A stretch of DNA of 64,000 nt. Origin: Anthoceros angustus (taxonomy: Eukaryota > Plantae > Anthocerotophyta). Positions 11,560-25,138 of this stretch are shown piece by piece. Every line of letters starts with the position of its first letter. Positions within the stretch are counted from its first letter, which is position 1. Both the position numbers and the translations under genes were made by a program. Below the pieces are notes generated by a model, which did no database searches, was not told where the DNA came from, and was given only the letters and a program-made list of their open reading frames with translations. Where the stretch lies: assembly GCA_010909165.1 (NCBI GenBank), contig VJWM01000108.1, positions 558,001 to 622,000 on the forward strand. Direction: 5' to 3'.

Positions 11560-12330
11560 CAGAAACATGGACACTAAAGACATGTGCCTCTGCACAGGAT
11601 CTTCTGCGGGCAAGGAGGTTCATCGAAATATGCAGGCTAGTGTGGCTAAGACGGATATATTTCTCATGAGTAGCCTGGTGAACATGCACCCCAAGTGTGG
11701 AGGCTTGGATGAGGCTCGCAGGGTGTTCGACACTTGCCCACAAGAGACGTGGTGGCATGGACTTCCGTGATTGATGGATGTACTCAGCAAGGGCCCGAGA
11801 CAGAAGCCCTAGCTCTGTATGCAGGTATGCAGCTTGAGGGCATCGGTCCAGCTAATCGCATGACGTTTGCTTGCCTTTCATCAGGCAGATGCTGCTGTCT
11901 TAGCCCTGCAGCATGGGAACCAGCTCCCCTCAGCTTCGGGAAAGAGGCCACATCTTGCATCCATGTCCACCAGGGAATTGGCCACCCACACGTCCAGCTG
12001 GCCTCTTTCCACGATCAGTGACAGCAACTGCTTGCCCTTCTGTAAGGCACCAGTGGCTGCACAGGCCTTCAGAAGGCAAGCAAAAGTAACATGGTCAGCC
12101 AACTTGAGGCCATCTTGCTCCATTCGTCCATACAGTACCAGCGCCTTGTGGCTGAGACCTTGCTGCGCATACCCAGGTATCAGGGCCTTCCATGTCAGCA
12201 CATCCTTCGTGGCCAAGCCGTGAAAAACCTGGCGTGCATCGTCCATTTTAGCACATCGTGTGTACATGTCCACCACGTAGCTGCCTGCCCTTCTGTAAAG
12301 CTAGCTGCGTAACATTGCTGTGCATACCCT
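11560..12330. pseudogene. Degenerate PPR fragments, + strand (11560-11930) then - strand (11940-12330)
   Basis: SLVNMHPKCGGLDEARRVFD on +; VDMYTRCAKMDDARQVF...HVTFACLLKAC on -. Both have frameshifts. Confidence 0.75.
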
Positions 12331-12478
12331 AGCTATCCCCCTTGAAGATACTTATCGAAAGACCTGCCCAACGTAGGTTCCCAGAGTCATGAGACGTGGC
12401 AAGGGAGAGCTAGGTTCTTCATCTGTCGAAATAAGAATACTTTAAAATGGGTATATATATTTTGGATATCCTTATATA

Positions 12479-15400
12479 CAGTCCACCCTCCCTAATGGGA
12501 TTGTTTCGGAGTGGCGCTACAACTCCCAATTAGGGAGGTTTTCAATTAGATTATTTTATATTTTAATAAAGTATTAATTGTTAATTATTTCGTAAAATTT
12601 TAAAAGATAGCTAAATCTCAATCCATATATCTTACTTAAAATAATCACTAATATTTATTTGCTTAGCTGCTTTGATATGATGACTAGTGATATGTTTTTC
12701 TAAGAAACATGCACCTTCAAAGATTCTAGAGTGTTTTGTGACTACTATATGGAATACATCTTCAGTATCTCCATAACTTAAAGTACAGCCTTCTTCTTGA
12801 CTAGTGGCATTGGTTCTACTATATTGATTTCGTCTTCAACATTTTCCTCAACTTCCTCATTTGTATTGAAAACCGCTCACTTGCTCATCCACATAACTAT
12901 GGCATACCAAAGAGGACATAGGGGACGGACGTTTTTTTTCTTCCGCAAAACTTTTGGTGTTCGGTTTCGTAACCCGACCGAAATCCGGTAGCCCAAAGGG
13001 GACGCACCAAAGCGGCCACTTCGCGGTCTCCGGACGACAGAAAGGGAACTTTAGGGTTTTTTTTCCCCGCACTCTCTGTGTTTTTTTCTCGCGCACGGAG
13101 CAAAAATTTTTTGTTCCGCGCACGCAACGTTCCAGTTTAGGGTCCGGTAGGTGGCATAGGCAAGCCACCTACCCGTTTTTAGGGTTCATGTGCTAAGAGG
13201 GTGGAGCAGCATGGTTTAGGGCAGGGGTTTAGGACAACCGATTTGGCGGGGCTGCTTTGCGCCACGGACAGACGGTGGTTGGGGCGACGGGGCAGGCGGA
13301 TGGGGCGGGGCGTGGAGGGGCGAGGCCCGAGGCGGGCAGGCGAGGTGCGAGGCGGGCAGCGTGTCCGGCGTACCAGCAGCGCCAAGGTGCTGTGACGCAG
13401 CAGGCGCCCAGCGGGCGGGCAGCAGGCGCCCACGCAGCAGCTGTGAGCCGCCCACGGCCCACCCTGCCGGGCGCTGCACTCAAAGTGCGGTGGCGGGCCG
13501 CAATGGGCGACGACGGGGCCGGGCAGCGGGCGGGCGGGCCGCAATGGGCGAGGCGGGCAAGGGGACGAGGGACGGAGGCACGGCGGTGGGCCTTCAATCA
13601 AGCCGAGGGATCGACGGGCGCGGGCCGCAATGGGCGAGGGACGAGGCGGCAGCGTGTGGGCCTTCAATCAAGCCGAGGACGGACGCGGGCGGCGGGCCGC
13701 AATGGGCAGGGACGAGGCGGGCGGGTGAAGGAAGGAAGGAAAGCGAGGCGGGCGGGCGAGGCGTGGCGGGCGGGCAACGGACGCGGTGCGGGCGGGCGGG
13801 CGGGCGGGCGGCGGGCGGGCAACGGACGCGGTGCGGGCGGGCGGGCGAGGGGCGCAGCGGGCGGGCCGCAAGGGAGGAGGCACCAGAGTCCTCCCATCCA
13901 TGCACCAAGCACCAACTAACGCTGCCCCCATTTCTTCCCGCCATGGTGATGCTCAATTGTTTGATGCTCCTTCTCTTCCAAATGTCGACTTCCACACGGG
14001 CCGCACGCCCATGTATCAAGGTGTGTGCATATTGCGGTTGTGGTGGGGATGGCGGTGCACCGCCCACCTCTCCTCCTCACATGCCGCAGCCCTGCACTCA
14101 GAGACATGTTCGGGGCAGCGTGAGGAGGGTTCCACGCCTCCGAGCTCACCCGATCCTAATATGTGGAGTGAGTTGTTTTCAGGTCTTATGACCCCAAGAA
14201 GCCAATGCATCCTCGTCAGACGAGGAGCTTGATGCGCTTTGCGATGCGGAGGACCACAACGACCTCATCCGCCACATAGAGAACTACCCTTGACTTTGAA
14301 GTTCTTTTAGCCGAGGGAACGTGGTCGCGGTATTTGACCGGACTCGACTTCATATCATGAGTGTCTTCCGTCGGAAGCGCACTATTTCATGCATTCTCAT
14401 TTTGATGGGTGGCCATTGGGTCCTAACGATCATGAGGCCTCGCGGTCCAAGCACCCGAGTCATCGGAGGACTTCAAGCCGTGGATGGCCAAGTTTCACTC
14501 ACGACCGCTTGAGGAAGGCCGTATGGGAGGAATAACCGCCCACGCGGGCCCACCGCCGGGCGCTGCACTCAAAGCGCGGCGGGCGGGCAGGCGGGCGGGC
14601 GGGCTCGCTACGGGGCCTTGGGACGGAGGCGGGCAAGGGGACGAGGGACGAGGCGGGCAGGCGGTGGGCCTTCAATCAAGCCGAGGACGGACGCGGGCGG
14701 CGGGCCGCAATGGGCGAGGGACGAGGCGGGCGGGTGAAGGAAGGAAGGAAAGCGAGGCGGGCGGGCGAGGCGTGGGCAACGGACGCGACGAGCAGGCGGT
14801 GCGGCGGCGGCGGCAGCGGCAACGGACGCTGTGCGTGGCGGGCGGGCGCGGGCCGCAAGGGAGGAGGAGGCACCAGTATGTCCTCCCATCCATGCACCAA
14901 GCACCAACTAACGTGCCCCCATTTCTTCCTGCCCATGGTGATGCTCAATTGTTTGATGCTCCTTCTCTTCCAAATGTCTGACTTCCACACGGCCGTCACG
15001 GCGTGTGCATCTGCAGGTGCATATTGCGGTTGTGGTGGGGATGGCAGGCACCGGCCCACCCTCTCCTCCTCACATGCCGCAGGCCCCGCAGCCTGCAGCC
15101 ACAGCATGTTCGGGGCAGCAGTGGAGGAGGGTTCCACGCTCTCCTCCGAGCTCACCCGATCCTAATATGTGGAGTGAGTTGTTTCTGTCTTATGACCCCA
15201 AGAAGCCAATGCATCCTCGTCAGACGAGGAGCTTGATGCGCTTTTGCGATGCGGAGGACCACAACGACCTCATCCGCCACATAGAGAACTACCCTTGGAC
15301 TTTGAAGTTCTTTTCGAGTTTGAGGGAACGTGGTGTATTTGGGTGGACTGGACTTCATCTGAGAGTGTCTTCCGTCGGAAGCGCACTATTTCATGCATTC

Positions 15401-17669
15401 TCATTTTGATGGGTGGCCATTGGGTCCTAACGATCACTGCGAGGCCTCGCGGTCCAAGCACCCGGAGTCACTGGAGGACTTCAAGCTGTGGATGGCCAAG
15501 TTTCACTACGACCGCTTGAGGAAGGCTGTGTATGGGAGGAATAACCAGTTCCATCGGTGGCGGCATCTCGACGTTGAGCGGAAGCAGCAGATCAGGCGGA
15601 GGCTCGGGAGGATGGCTGCGGAGGGGAGGAGCGGGAGGCGCTGCTGCGCGAGCTGACGGCGGTGGACGCGAGCATCCGGTGGCACACCGCTGGAGGAGGA
15701 GGAGGAGGAGGAGGAGGAGAGGGGGGGGAGCAACGGCAGCTGACGGTGGCGGAGCGGAGGCCATGTCGGAAGGAGAAGGAGAGCGGAGTGCGGCTCCGAC
15801 CCCAACTCCGCGGAGGGCGAGCACAAGGGGGAGGAAGCGCGACTACGAGGAGTTGGACACGGTGTCCGAAGTGGAAGCGCGGCGGCCAAGGCGGGTGCCT
15901 CCGACGCCGAATGTCTGAACGCGGCCTACTGGAGGTGGCGACGCGGCCGACCGGGACAGGAGAGCAATGTGCCGCGGAATGCGAGACGCCGTGGAGGCCA
16001 TTGAGGGCATAATTAAGGTTCTCCGGCAGATGATGAAGCGCATGGACGAGGAGGAGAAGTAGGCGGCGTCGTCATCCCTTGTGCTGAGAGATGCATCAGC
16101 TGTGTTTTTGGTTTTTTGCATAGGGGGCCGAAGCATGCGCCGTAGGAAGGCCGCAGTAGGAGATAGGGTTTGATGCTAGCTGTGCAATTTTGCGATGTGT
16201 GCAGTGGACATCCTTTTTTGATGAATGGAATGGCACCCTTTTCATGTGAACGGGTCGATGGAGGGACCGTAAACTTTGTTGGTGAGGTATCGAGCTGTGA
16301 ACTGGCCTGAACATCTCCTGAACTGGCCTTGCCTGACTGTTCTTGACTGTCATCTTCTGTGCATTTGAGGAAACGCGCAACGGAGAAGGATCTCTGCTAC
16401 TTATGTAAAGCGCTGGGATCGGAGGAGTGATAGAACAAATTTGAGCACAGGATTCCCCATATCCCACCACGAACAGAGTCTGCCACATGCACCCGGTTTC
16501 TTGAGGCAACTGAAGGCGGCTTCTATGTTCCAGCAACTTTTCGAACACTCCACACGCCCGCGGCTGTGTCCGCGTCTTCTTAGCCAGGGACAATGGAATC
16601 GTGATTTTGTGGGGGAACCTATGATGTTGGAAACCCTAAGAAGCACGATCCGCCGCCAAGAAGAAGCAAGAGCTCGAATGAAGAAGACCATGGTCAGCTG
16701 GGGCCGCAGCCTGCCATTGCCTTCGCACTGGCATGGTGAGGTAGGGTCTGCAACCACATTGGTGCGGTCGGCGCGGCGGGCGTGTTAGGGTTTGCCGTCC
16801 ATGGCAAACCATGGAAGAAAACTTTATGGCAGAAGGTAGGGCGCAAGACTGAAAACAATGTGTCCCGGCTCTATGTTTTGAAAGTTGCACGCACACAAAC
16901 ATTTTGAACCCTACACCCTTTTCGAGGAGAAAGCGTGTGTGTCCCCTTTGGTGCTTGGCCGCTCTTGGTTAGGGCGCCAAAGCGGCCATCTGACCATGTG
17001 CTGTGAAAAAAGAAACCGTACTGGAATCTAGGGTATATTCCTCAAGATCCCTACACCTTGCATGGGTTTTGCGAAAAAAAAATTGTCCCATCCCCTCTGT
17101 CCCCTTTGGTATGCCATACATAACTCCTTCTCTGTGAAACTTAGATGTTCAGCATGATACTCACAAATCTCTTTTTGCTGTTTTTTTGTTAAGAAGTAAT
17201 GCTTTCGAGGCTGCATGATTCCTCCATCACAAAAAGAAAGGATCAACACATTTGCATCAAAGAAAAATAAGAAAACAACTTGCATCAAGAATACAACTCA
17301 CATATAAATACCAAAGAAGCAAATTGCATGAAGAATGGACTTACATAAACCAAGAACATAACTTACATACACCAAGAAAACTTAGACAAAAAAATACTTA
17401 CCAAGAAAGAAACACAATATGGACATATGTGAATACTACAATAATATAGATATGACTTCACATTTAACATAATTTATTTATTTAAAATTATTATATAATA
17501 CTCATAATTAAAGAAGTAAAGATATATTAAATATATTAATATAATTTTTAAGAAAATATTAATTGTTTTTTAAATTATCCAACCCTTTGCACATTTAAGA
17601 AAAATAAGGGCTTAGCTCCCAATTAAGGGTTTCCCATTTATGGAGATACCAATCGGGGAGAGTGGACTG
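12479..17669 (-). mobile_element. Internally deleted pogo/Tigger-like (Tc1/mariner) DNA transposon
   Basis: TIRs CAGTCCACCCTCCC / GGGAGAGTGGACTG, flanked by TA. CENP-B-like HTH remnant MQPRKHYFLTKKQQKEICEYH...KELC|G*ASERF is restored when the nested element is removed. Confidence 0.75.
12899..17117. mobile_element. Nested non-autonomous TIR DNA element (8-bp TSD, hAT-like) with GC-rich internal cargo
   Basis: Imperfect ~30-bp TIRs ATGGCATACCAAAGAGGACATAGGGG / CCCCTCTGTCCCCTTTGGTATGCCAT. TSD ACATAACT at 12891-12898 and 17118-17125. Internal ~1-kb direct duplication (13455-14535 ~ 14540-15545). Confidence 0.8.
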
Positions 17670-17779
17670 TAGTACTGTACCTAAGTAGGAGATGGGGTGC
17701 CTAGAGGGAGAGCGCAGACTACGCACTTGGAAGGAGAAGCACTATACTTACTCTGCGAGTAAGTACACTGAGTTACTGA

Positions 17780-19600
17780 GGTTACATCGCACAGAGCTCG
17801 ACTTGGGAGGAGAAGCACCATGACCCATCTGCATATCCGAAGAAACAGTTGCTTATCAACCCAAGCTGGCTTGAGCATGCTGTAAACCCTAACCCCTCAG
17901 GCCGGCAGTTAGGCTAACGGGAGTTCTTCTTGTCATCAGGGAGCGCTGTTGGAAGATGAGGCTACCAACAACCTATGGCATGTACTGTGCTGGCAGGAAA
18001 AGGATGTCGTTTGTGGCGATGCTCTGGCAGTCCAATGTGGGAACGGATAGAACGGTCTCGGCCAATCCATCCGTGGGATGTACTCCTCTCATGTTCACCA
18101 TTGACCATGCAGTTACCCACCAATATATTATCTAGCTGCCCTGGTTCTACATGTAACCTGTGAGTGCAGGCACCAACCATACACAACAAGTGCTTTATGT
18201 CCGGGTATACCCAGCAATCAGCGCCGTCCATGTCACCACATTCTTTGTGGCCAGGCTGTTGAAAACCTGCCGTGCATCTTTTTTCACCACATGTTGCAAA
18301 CATGTCCAGCTGACAGTTGCCCAACACGTGAGTCCTCTTTCGACAATCTGTAAGTGCAGCTGCTTGCCTTTCTGTAATGGGACCACGGACGCACAGGCCT
18401 TGAGAAGGCAAGCAAAAGAAACATGGTCAGCCAACATGAGGCCTTCTTCCTCCATTCGTCCATGCAGAACCAAGCGCCACTTGGCCGAGTCCTTGCCGCC
18501 TAAACCCAGCTCAGGCAGTTGCCCACCAGTAAGTTATCCAGGTGTCCTCTTTCCGCAATTTGGGAATGCGGCTACCTACCCTTCTGTAAGGCACCAGCGC
18601 TTCCTTCAGAAGACAAGCAAAAGTAACATGGTACCAAAATGAGCCACTCGTTGCTCCATTTGTCCATACAGACGAAGCGCCTCTTGGCCCCTGCTGTGCA
18701 CACCCATCTAACAGTGCATTCCATGTCACAACATCCTTTGTGGCCAAACTTCCAAAAACCTGGCGTGCATCACTAGTTCACAACATTTTGCGTAGATGTC
18801 CACCGGGCAGTTTTCAACAAACAAACAAGTCCGGAGGAATGCCATGTGCAACAAATCATGGTGTACACTTTCCTGCCAGATTCCAAGTCGCGGGCAGAAG
18901 CACAGGCTTGAAGGGCGGCTACAAACTCGTGAGCATTCGCCCTCCACAATTCAACTGCGCATCTCATGGTACATTTGTATTGCCTCATTAGGTTTGCTAT
19001 GCCTAGCATGCGCAGAGATCGTGGAAAACCACAGGAATACATTTGCTTTACCCACCATGGTGAATACATCCATGGCCTCTTCTAGCGTATGCATACATGC
19101 GCAATACATGCATCGCATCCATCCCCAAGTATGCATCCGACTAGTACCCAAGTTTGACAGTCCGGTCTCATTGAACTCGTCGCCCCACAACCAGTTCCCC
19201 CGTTTAGGACCTGGACACAGGTTTAGCTCTGTGTTAAACAAAGACTGATGGGAAACAGAAGTCTGCCTGCGCCCGACGTTCCACTCCAGGTTTCTTAGGA
19301 CGCCATTTCCTACCCTGCAAGGAGAGCTCGAGTTGGAAGGAGAGGCACCATGACCCATCTGCACATCCAAAGAAAGAAGCTGTTCATCTACATGAGCTGG
19401 CTTGAGCATCGAACCACAGGAACTCCTCGCCGGACCCCTGACGCCGGAAGTCAGGCGCACGAGAGCTGTTCCTATCTCGTCTTTTGTCCCACCACCAGGT
19501 AGGCTCCAGAAAGAAGAAGCTCCTGCTCCTGGTCACCACCAGCCGTGGAAAATCCGTCCCCACCATAAATTTTCTGGGAAGTGTAAGTGCTGGGCTCCGA
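17780..19600 (-). pseudogene. Decayed PDF-PPR gene
   Basis: FFLEPTWWWDKRRDRNSSRAPDFRRQGSGEEFLW at ~19525-19400, then frameshifted PPR motifs. A second PDF tail fragment (MLKPAWVDKQL) at ~17880. Confidence 0.75.
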
Positions 19601-19686
19601 TCTGAAGCTAGGGTTCTTCCTATGCCTCTGGAATGCGTGGTCCTGTGCTGGGTCACAGAGGCGCGTCAGGAGTGTCCAGGAGCGGG

Positions 19687-21228
19687 ATGCGCACGATGGA
19701 GGAGAGGGCGTCCAAGGCGATCTTGGAGGCCTGCAGGTCCCTGAGGAGGCGGCATGAGGTGGAAGAAGGAGCCCATGCCCCGGCGCTCACTGCTCTGCTG
19801 GCGCGCTTCAATTCCCGGGGAGCAGAATTGGAGAGCAAAGTGGAGAGCCTGCAGCAGGAGGTGATCCAGCTCTACCGGGCCAACGCCCAGGCATCCGAGC
19901 AGCTGGTGCAGGAGGTGCAGACTGTGGCTGCCCTGAAGGCCCAATTGGCCAAGGAGGAGGCTCGGGCGGGGGAGCAGGAGAGGGAGGCGTCAGAGGCTCG
20001 AGCCAGCCTGGCGGAGTTGAGACAAAAGCTGGATGAGACGAGGAAGGCGGTAGAGCTGGAGGAGGAGGAGCGGCAGGCGCTGCGGAAGCGGCTGGAGGAG
20101 CAGGAAGCGGAGCTGAAGCGGGTGCTGGCGGACAACAAGTCGCTTGTGGATCGGTGGATGGCTTTGAAGCTGCGGGAATCGGACCGGATGAACGAGGCCA
20201 ATGAGATGTATTTGGAGATGATCCGGGAGCAGAAGGCTGGGAAGCTGGAGGAGCTGGCAAGGCAGCAGGTTGATGGAATTGTGCGGAATTCGGAGTTTGG
20301 GGCAGAGAAGTATGTGGAGCCGGGAGCCAGTCCGACCAAGGTGCGGCATACCTTCGCAAATGCCCATGATGGCAGCTGCACTGCCCTGCTGTTTGAGCAC
20401 GGCAGCTCGACGCTGTTCAGCGGCGGATTTGATAGGCTGATCAAGTTATGGGATGCTGGGTCTGGGGCCGCTGTGAATACCCTGCGAGGCTGCCTTGGCT
20501 CGGTGCTTGCTCTCTCCATGTCCACAGACAACAAGCATCTGCTGGCTGCCTGCAGTGACCACAAGCTTTTCCTTTGGGATTTGCAGACTGGTCGGATCAG
20601 GCACACGTTGACAGGGCATGCTGACAAGGTGGTGACTGTGGATTTCAGCAAGACCAGTCACTCGCGAGCTGTTAGTGCTGCCTATGATAGAACTATCAAA
20701 GCGTGGGATCTGAACAAGGGCTATGGAATCACTACACTGATGTGCCACAGTAATTGTAATTCCTTGTGTTTGACGATGGAGGGAAACATTTTCTGCTCAG
20801 GGCACGTTGATGGTAATCTTCGATTCTGGGACGCCCGAACAGGGAAGCTGGCAAATGAAGTTGTTGCTCACAACAACAACGGGATATCCTCGGTTTCCCT
20901 GTCAAGGAGCGGGCAGAGTCTTTTGACTACAGGAAGGGACAACATCAACAATGTATTCGATGTCCGGACCTTTGCAGTCCGGGCCTCGTTTAGAAGTCCG
21001 GGGTTTCAGGTTGGGACGAACTGGTCACGTTCATGCATGAGTCCAGATGAGAAGCATGTGGTGGCCGGATCAGCAGACGGGACGGTGTATCTGTGGAAGG
21101 ATAAAGCTGCTGTGTGTGACAGTGCTCTTAAAGAACACAAGACCTCTGTGCTCTCCTGTGCATGGAGTGCCGTGGGAAAGCCTCTGGCTACAGCAGACAA
21201 GAGTGGTGTCATCTGTGTGTGGGGGTGA
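19687..21228 (+). CDS. ATG16: Autophagy-related protein 16 (coiled-coil + WD40), intronless
   Basis: N-terminus LRRRHEVEEGAHAPA; coiled coil with LVDRWM...MNEANEMY; ELARQQVDGIVR; C-terminal WD40 repeats. ATG at 19687 or 19696. Confidence 0.92.
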   Translation: MRTMEERASKAILEACRSLRRRHEVEEGAHAPALTALLARFNSRGAELESKVESLQQEVIQLYRANAQASEQLVQEVQTVAALKAQLAKEEARAGEQEREASEARASLAELRQKLDETRKAVELEEEERQALRKRLEEQEAELKRVLADNKSLVDRWMALKLRESDRMNEANEMYLEMIREQKAGKLEELARQQVDGIVRNSEFGAEKYVEPGASPTKVRHTFANAHDGSCTALLFEHGSSTLFSGGFDRLIKLWDAGSGAAVNTLRGCLGSVLALSMSTDNKHLLAACSDHKLFLWDLQTGRIRHTLTGHADKVVTVDFSKTSHSRAVSAAYDRTIKAWDLNKGYGITTLMCHSNCNSLCLTMEGNIFCSGHVDGNLRFWDARTGKLANEVVAHNNNGISSVSLSRSGQSLLTTGRDNINNVFDVRTFAVRASFRSPGFQVGTNWSRSCMSPDEKHVVAGSADGTVYLWKDKAAVCDSALKEHKTSVLSCAWSAVGKPLATADKSGVICVWG

Positions 21229-21861
21229 GGGAATGTCTTCTCAAGATTGGTGCCCTTGACTGAAGTCACAAGCTATCAGTAAAGCCACATCCCTGTCACT
21301 CAGGTTGTGGCCATGGCCATGGCCAGGTGTCCGGCTGTGTGAAGGTGTGACCTTGGCCGGGAAGTGATCGTGCAAAGTTTCAAGCCCAGTGAGCTGCCCA
21401 GCTGCCTGGCACTCATCCAGGTATGCAATCAGGGCTGACAAGTTGGTCTTTTTTGTCACAGTGGTTTATGTTTAGACCACAATCATGCACCTCGTTGCTC
21501 ACCTTCTTTGTTTTATGGTATCAGCATGTCCTGTGCATCCCACAAGCCACCACTTCAGCCAAGTTTCCCCGGCAAATGGATTTTGGTCACGTCTGCTATG
21601 CATCTATGATCTGGCGGAACACACGACATAGTTGGTGGAGTATGCACATTATTCACATCCCATTTACTTCAAAATTTGTTTCGACTGGCGAGAAGTTGCC
21701 AGGTTGCCAGGTTTTCTAACGCCTACCTAGAGGATGACACTTCAGAGTGCACTTTACTGAGAGAGAAGAGATAGGGTGAGGCCATCTAGCATGCATGGCA
21801 TCTAGCATAAAAAGCTTCCTAGGGTCACTCTGAACTGTACATCCTGGGTCCGAAGAGGCAT

Positions 21862-24078
21862 TTACAGATTCTCGCGGCAGCGTTGGAAATCGATGATTCC
21901 TCGCAGCACATCATAGCTGGTCAGACTACGTCGTTCAACCTCACCTTCACCCAGTAGCAGGAATGTGATCCAGTCCTTCCTCCTTGCATATTCCGGTTGG
22001 AATGGCCGAAGCATTTTCTCTAATTCTGCGACTATCCTGGCATGTTCGGGGTGGGGAAGGCTCAAGGTCCAATCCTGGTTAAAGCTATTCTTGAGCGCGG
22101 CAAGCCTGTCGAGCTGAGGGAAACGTGCAACCATGGCCCGCTCGAAAGAGCACCTCGGGCAGCAGCAACGAAAGCCCCCCTTGCCCATGCCGCCCGTGGC
22201 CACGTCTCTCATCTGCACCGGCTCCCGGATGTCAAAGTAAGGGATTGTGACCTCTGCACCTGCAGAAATGTGACGAAATGCCCGCACAAACATGGCATCT
22301 CCTACAGGCCGCCAGAAGGAATTGGGAATGCAAGAGTGGTTGATAAAGGAAGGCAGCATCCACAAACCACTAGCTGATGGCATTTCAGACCACCCACTGG
22401 CTGGTGGGGATCCGGACACCTGACTAGGAGAGTTGTCCGCGAAGCTGTTGGACAACACAATGCGACGGATTCGAGCCACATCGATCTCAGGTAAGTGGCC
22501 TTCATGCGCCAGACCTGAGTGCGCCGCTCCGAGTCCTGCAGGAGGTTTGAAGAGTGTCGCTGCAGGCACCTGTGGGTGGTGAGAGCCGTCTGAAAGACTG
22601 TAGAGCTGCAGCAACTTCCGAGGAGATGCCTTTGCGCCCTGCACCAGCTGCGTCACCAGATATTCGACTGCGGAGTTTTGCATGTCATCAAAATGGAGTA
22701 ACATCCCCTGGTTGGGGCCCGGGGCCCCGTGTTTGTAATCCCATTTTGCCACAGCCAGAGCGTTGCTGACCAGCAGCAGCTCCCCTTCTTTCACATCTCT
22801 AGTGACAAACAATCCACGGCCAACTCTCAACTTGTCACCTTCCACTTCCCTAACCTCTACAGGCCCCACATATTCGCTGCACTTGGGATGATCATAGCGT
22901 GGTAAGAAGATAGATGGATCATAAACTCCCAACCGGCTCTGTTTGTCGAATATTCTCACTTCTGCAAGAGCCTCCTCGACCTCCTTCAGCTCGATGGGAC
23001 ACGCCCCGGATTTGCCAGCTTTCAATTGCTTGAGCACGGCCGTCAAGCAAGTGATGGCTTCCCCGAAGCATTGCAGCCCGGAAAGAGCCTTGGCCTTGCG
23101 GAGCATGCTTTTCTTATGACTCGGATCCATACTCAAGGCCTTCACAGCATCATGGAGAGCATTCTCGTGCTGGTGGACGCGGAGCCATGCTTCTGCTCGG
23201 TTGGAGAGAGCAAGCTTGCAAACCCCAGGCTCCAGATCTGACGATGATTCGCATGCATCCACGCATTCAGAGTAGGAATCTATGGCCTTCTTCCACTGCT
23301 TTGCAGCGAAGTAGCTGTTCCCCTGCTTCCGCATCAGCTCAACCGCCTCCAGAGTGCTGGCAGCCTTCACTTGAAGCTTGGAATCAACGGCCGGACCGAC
23401 TTCAACGACGTCGGCCAGATAGTCCACCCCAAGTCCCACGCAGCAATCGTTGTAAAACAAGAGGCAGGGCTCCTTGATTGCAAACCTCTTCCCTTCCGCG
23501 AGGAGAGCCTTCATGGCAGACATGCTGGATGTCGACAGCGCCCCATGATAGATGGAGAGTATGATAACCTTGCCGGCATCATCTTCCAACAACGCCTGGA
23601 CGTCAGTCGACAGCGTCCGAGGTGCCGCGCACAGTGTGCCATACAGAACCCGCCCTGCATGCCGGTTGATCCCCAGCCGCAATTCGCTGGAGCAGTGGAA
23701 ACCCATCCACCACAGGCAAATGGGTCAGTCCCGTCGGCAAATCACAGTACTCACATGCAAGCATCACCCATATCACGAAATGTGCAAAGATGGACAGCCT
23801 GCTGTATATGAACTTGTCATGAATCAAATCTGACGAGGAACCGACTGGAGGTACCTGATGCGGATTTCCTCCAGGCTCGAAAGAGGTGGCGATGCCTTTG
23901 GGGGTATGTACCGGGGGACAAGCGTCTGGTTCAGACGAGAGCTCAAGGCTTCGAACAGACCCGGCTTGGGAGCGAGATGCCAGAGGGCGCGATCTACGTC
24001 CTGTTTGTGGAGCTCCATGAGCAGAGCTTCGTCAAAACTCCTGGGTGCTGAAACTCGATCCACGTCGTAAGCAGCCAT
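21862..24078 (-). CDS. TPR + SET-domain protein (putative methyltransferase)
   Basis: Exon 1 24078-23855 and GT-AG intron 23854-23687. TPR (RKQGNSYF...LSNRAEAWL), SET (GRGLFVTRDV...SFINHSCIPN...EVTIPY), post-SET FRCCCPRC. The 3' end may be spliced further. Confidence 0.82.
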
Positions 24079-25138
24079 GCGGTTGTACTGAGCGACTACG
24101 GCACTTGGGAGCTTGAAATGACAAGCTGCCTTCCCTTCTCTTCCCTTCCCTTCCCTCCCCGCTCAAGCGCTTTGCCTGCAGCCCGAACAGCCTGGATTCA
24201 GAGCAAAGGCAAGGCTCCATCTTTAATTTGTAGCGGCCGTTGGCTGACATCGATCTGAGATATTACTCTGGCCTGACAAGTACTCGGGCCTAGCAAGGTT
24301 CCTTAATTACGCTGGCCTTCACGGCGGCGGCTAATGCTAATCGCTAATCCTGGGTCCACATTCTTTGGGAGATGAGCTGCATTATGTTGATGTACTTCGT
24401 TTCCCCTATTATTGAAGCGAAAACTGTTTTATGTACCTTAACTGTGTGGCGGTTGCACCTTAACGGAATTTATCTCCAGCCAATTCCTTTCCTTGCACGC
24501 AATGGAATTACAACGTCCCTTGACAAGCCGTAACTGCTCCCAACCGATGATTACAAAGTGGTTAGGTAGTGGCCCTGTCAGGCTACAAGCTGTCACTTGC
24601 AGGAAAGGAGAATCATTGCCCATCACCCACCCGAACGATGTACAATAAACCAGGCAAATATGCTAGCATTTGCCCGACGGCGGACGGCGGGGGGCATTCG
24701 AACATCGCGCTTGGCTCCTTTATAATATAGAGCTTTTGAAATTTTATTGCCTACACTTGGGCGGGCGCGATGTTTAAGGGCTGGTTTACACTATGTATGA
24801 CCGGGCTGTGAGTGCCACGAAGCACTGACCACCGGCCGGTTGTGCATATGACACCATCCGGCCGGTTGTGCATATGACACATGGTGACAAGGATGTGGTT
24901 GTCATTTGCTTGTACACTTGACCGGTTAACTTGATTTTCTGACATCCCGTTCCGCTCTTCATGGTACAAGATAAATTATTTACATCATGAGGTTACGTGG
25001 TTCACGATAGCAAACTCTTCATAATCCCCATATTCAGAGGGGCATTGCCGCAAGCTTGTCACTCCACGCCCGTTCACTGTCCTCTGTACACGTTGCCTTT
25101 GCACAAGGTCTTCACAAGACAATTGAGCTCGTCACACC

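Noticed and set aside
13179-14981. Many long overlapping Arg/Gly/Pro-rich ORFs
   Set aside because: They are a by-product of extreme GC content and GGCG repeats, with no recognisable domains.
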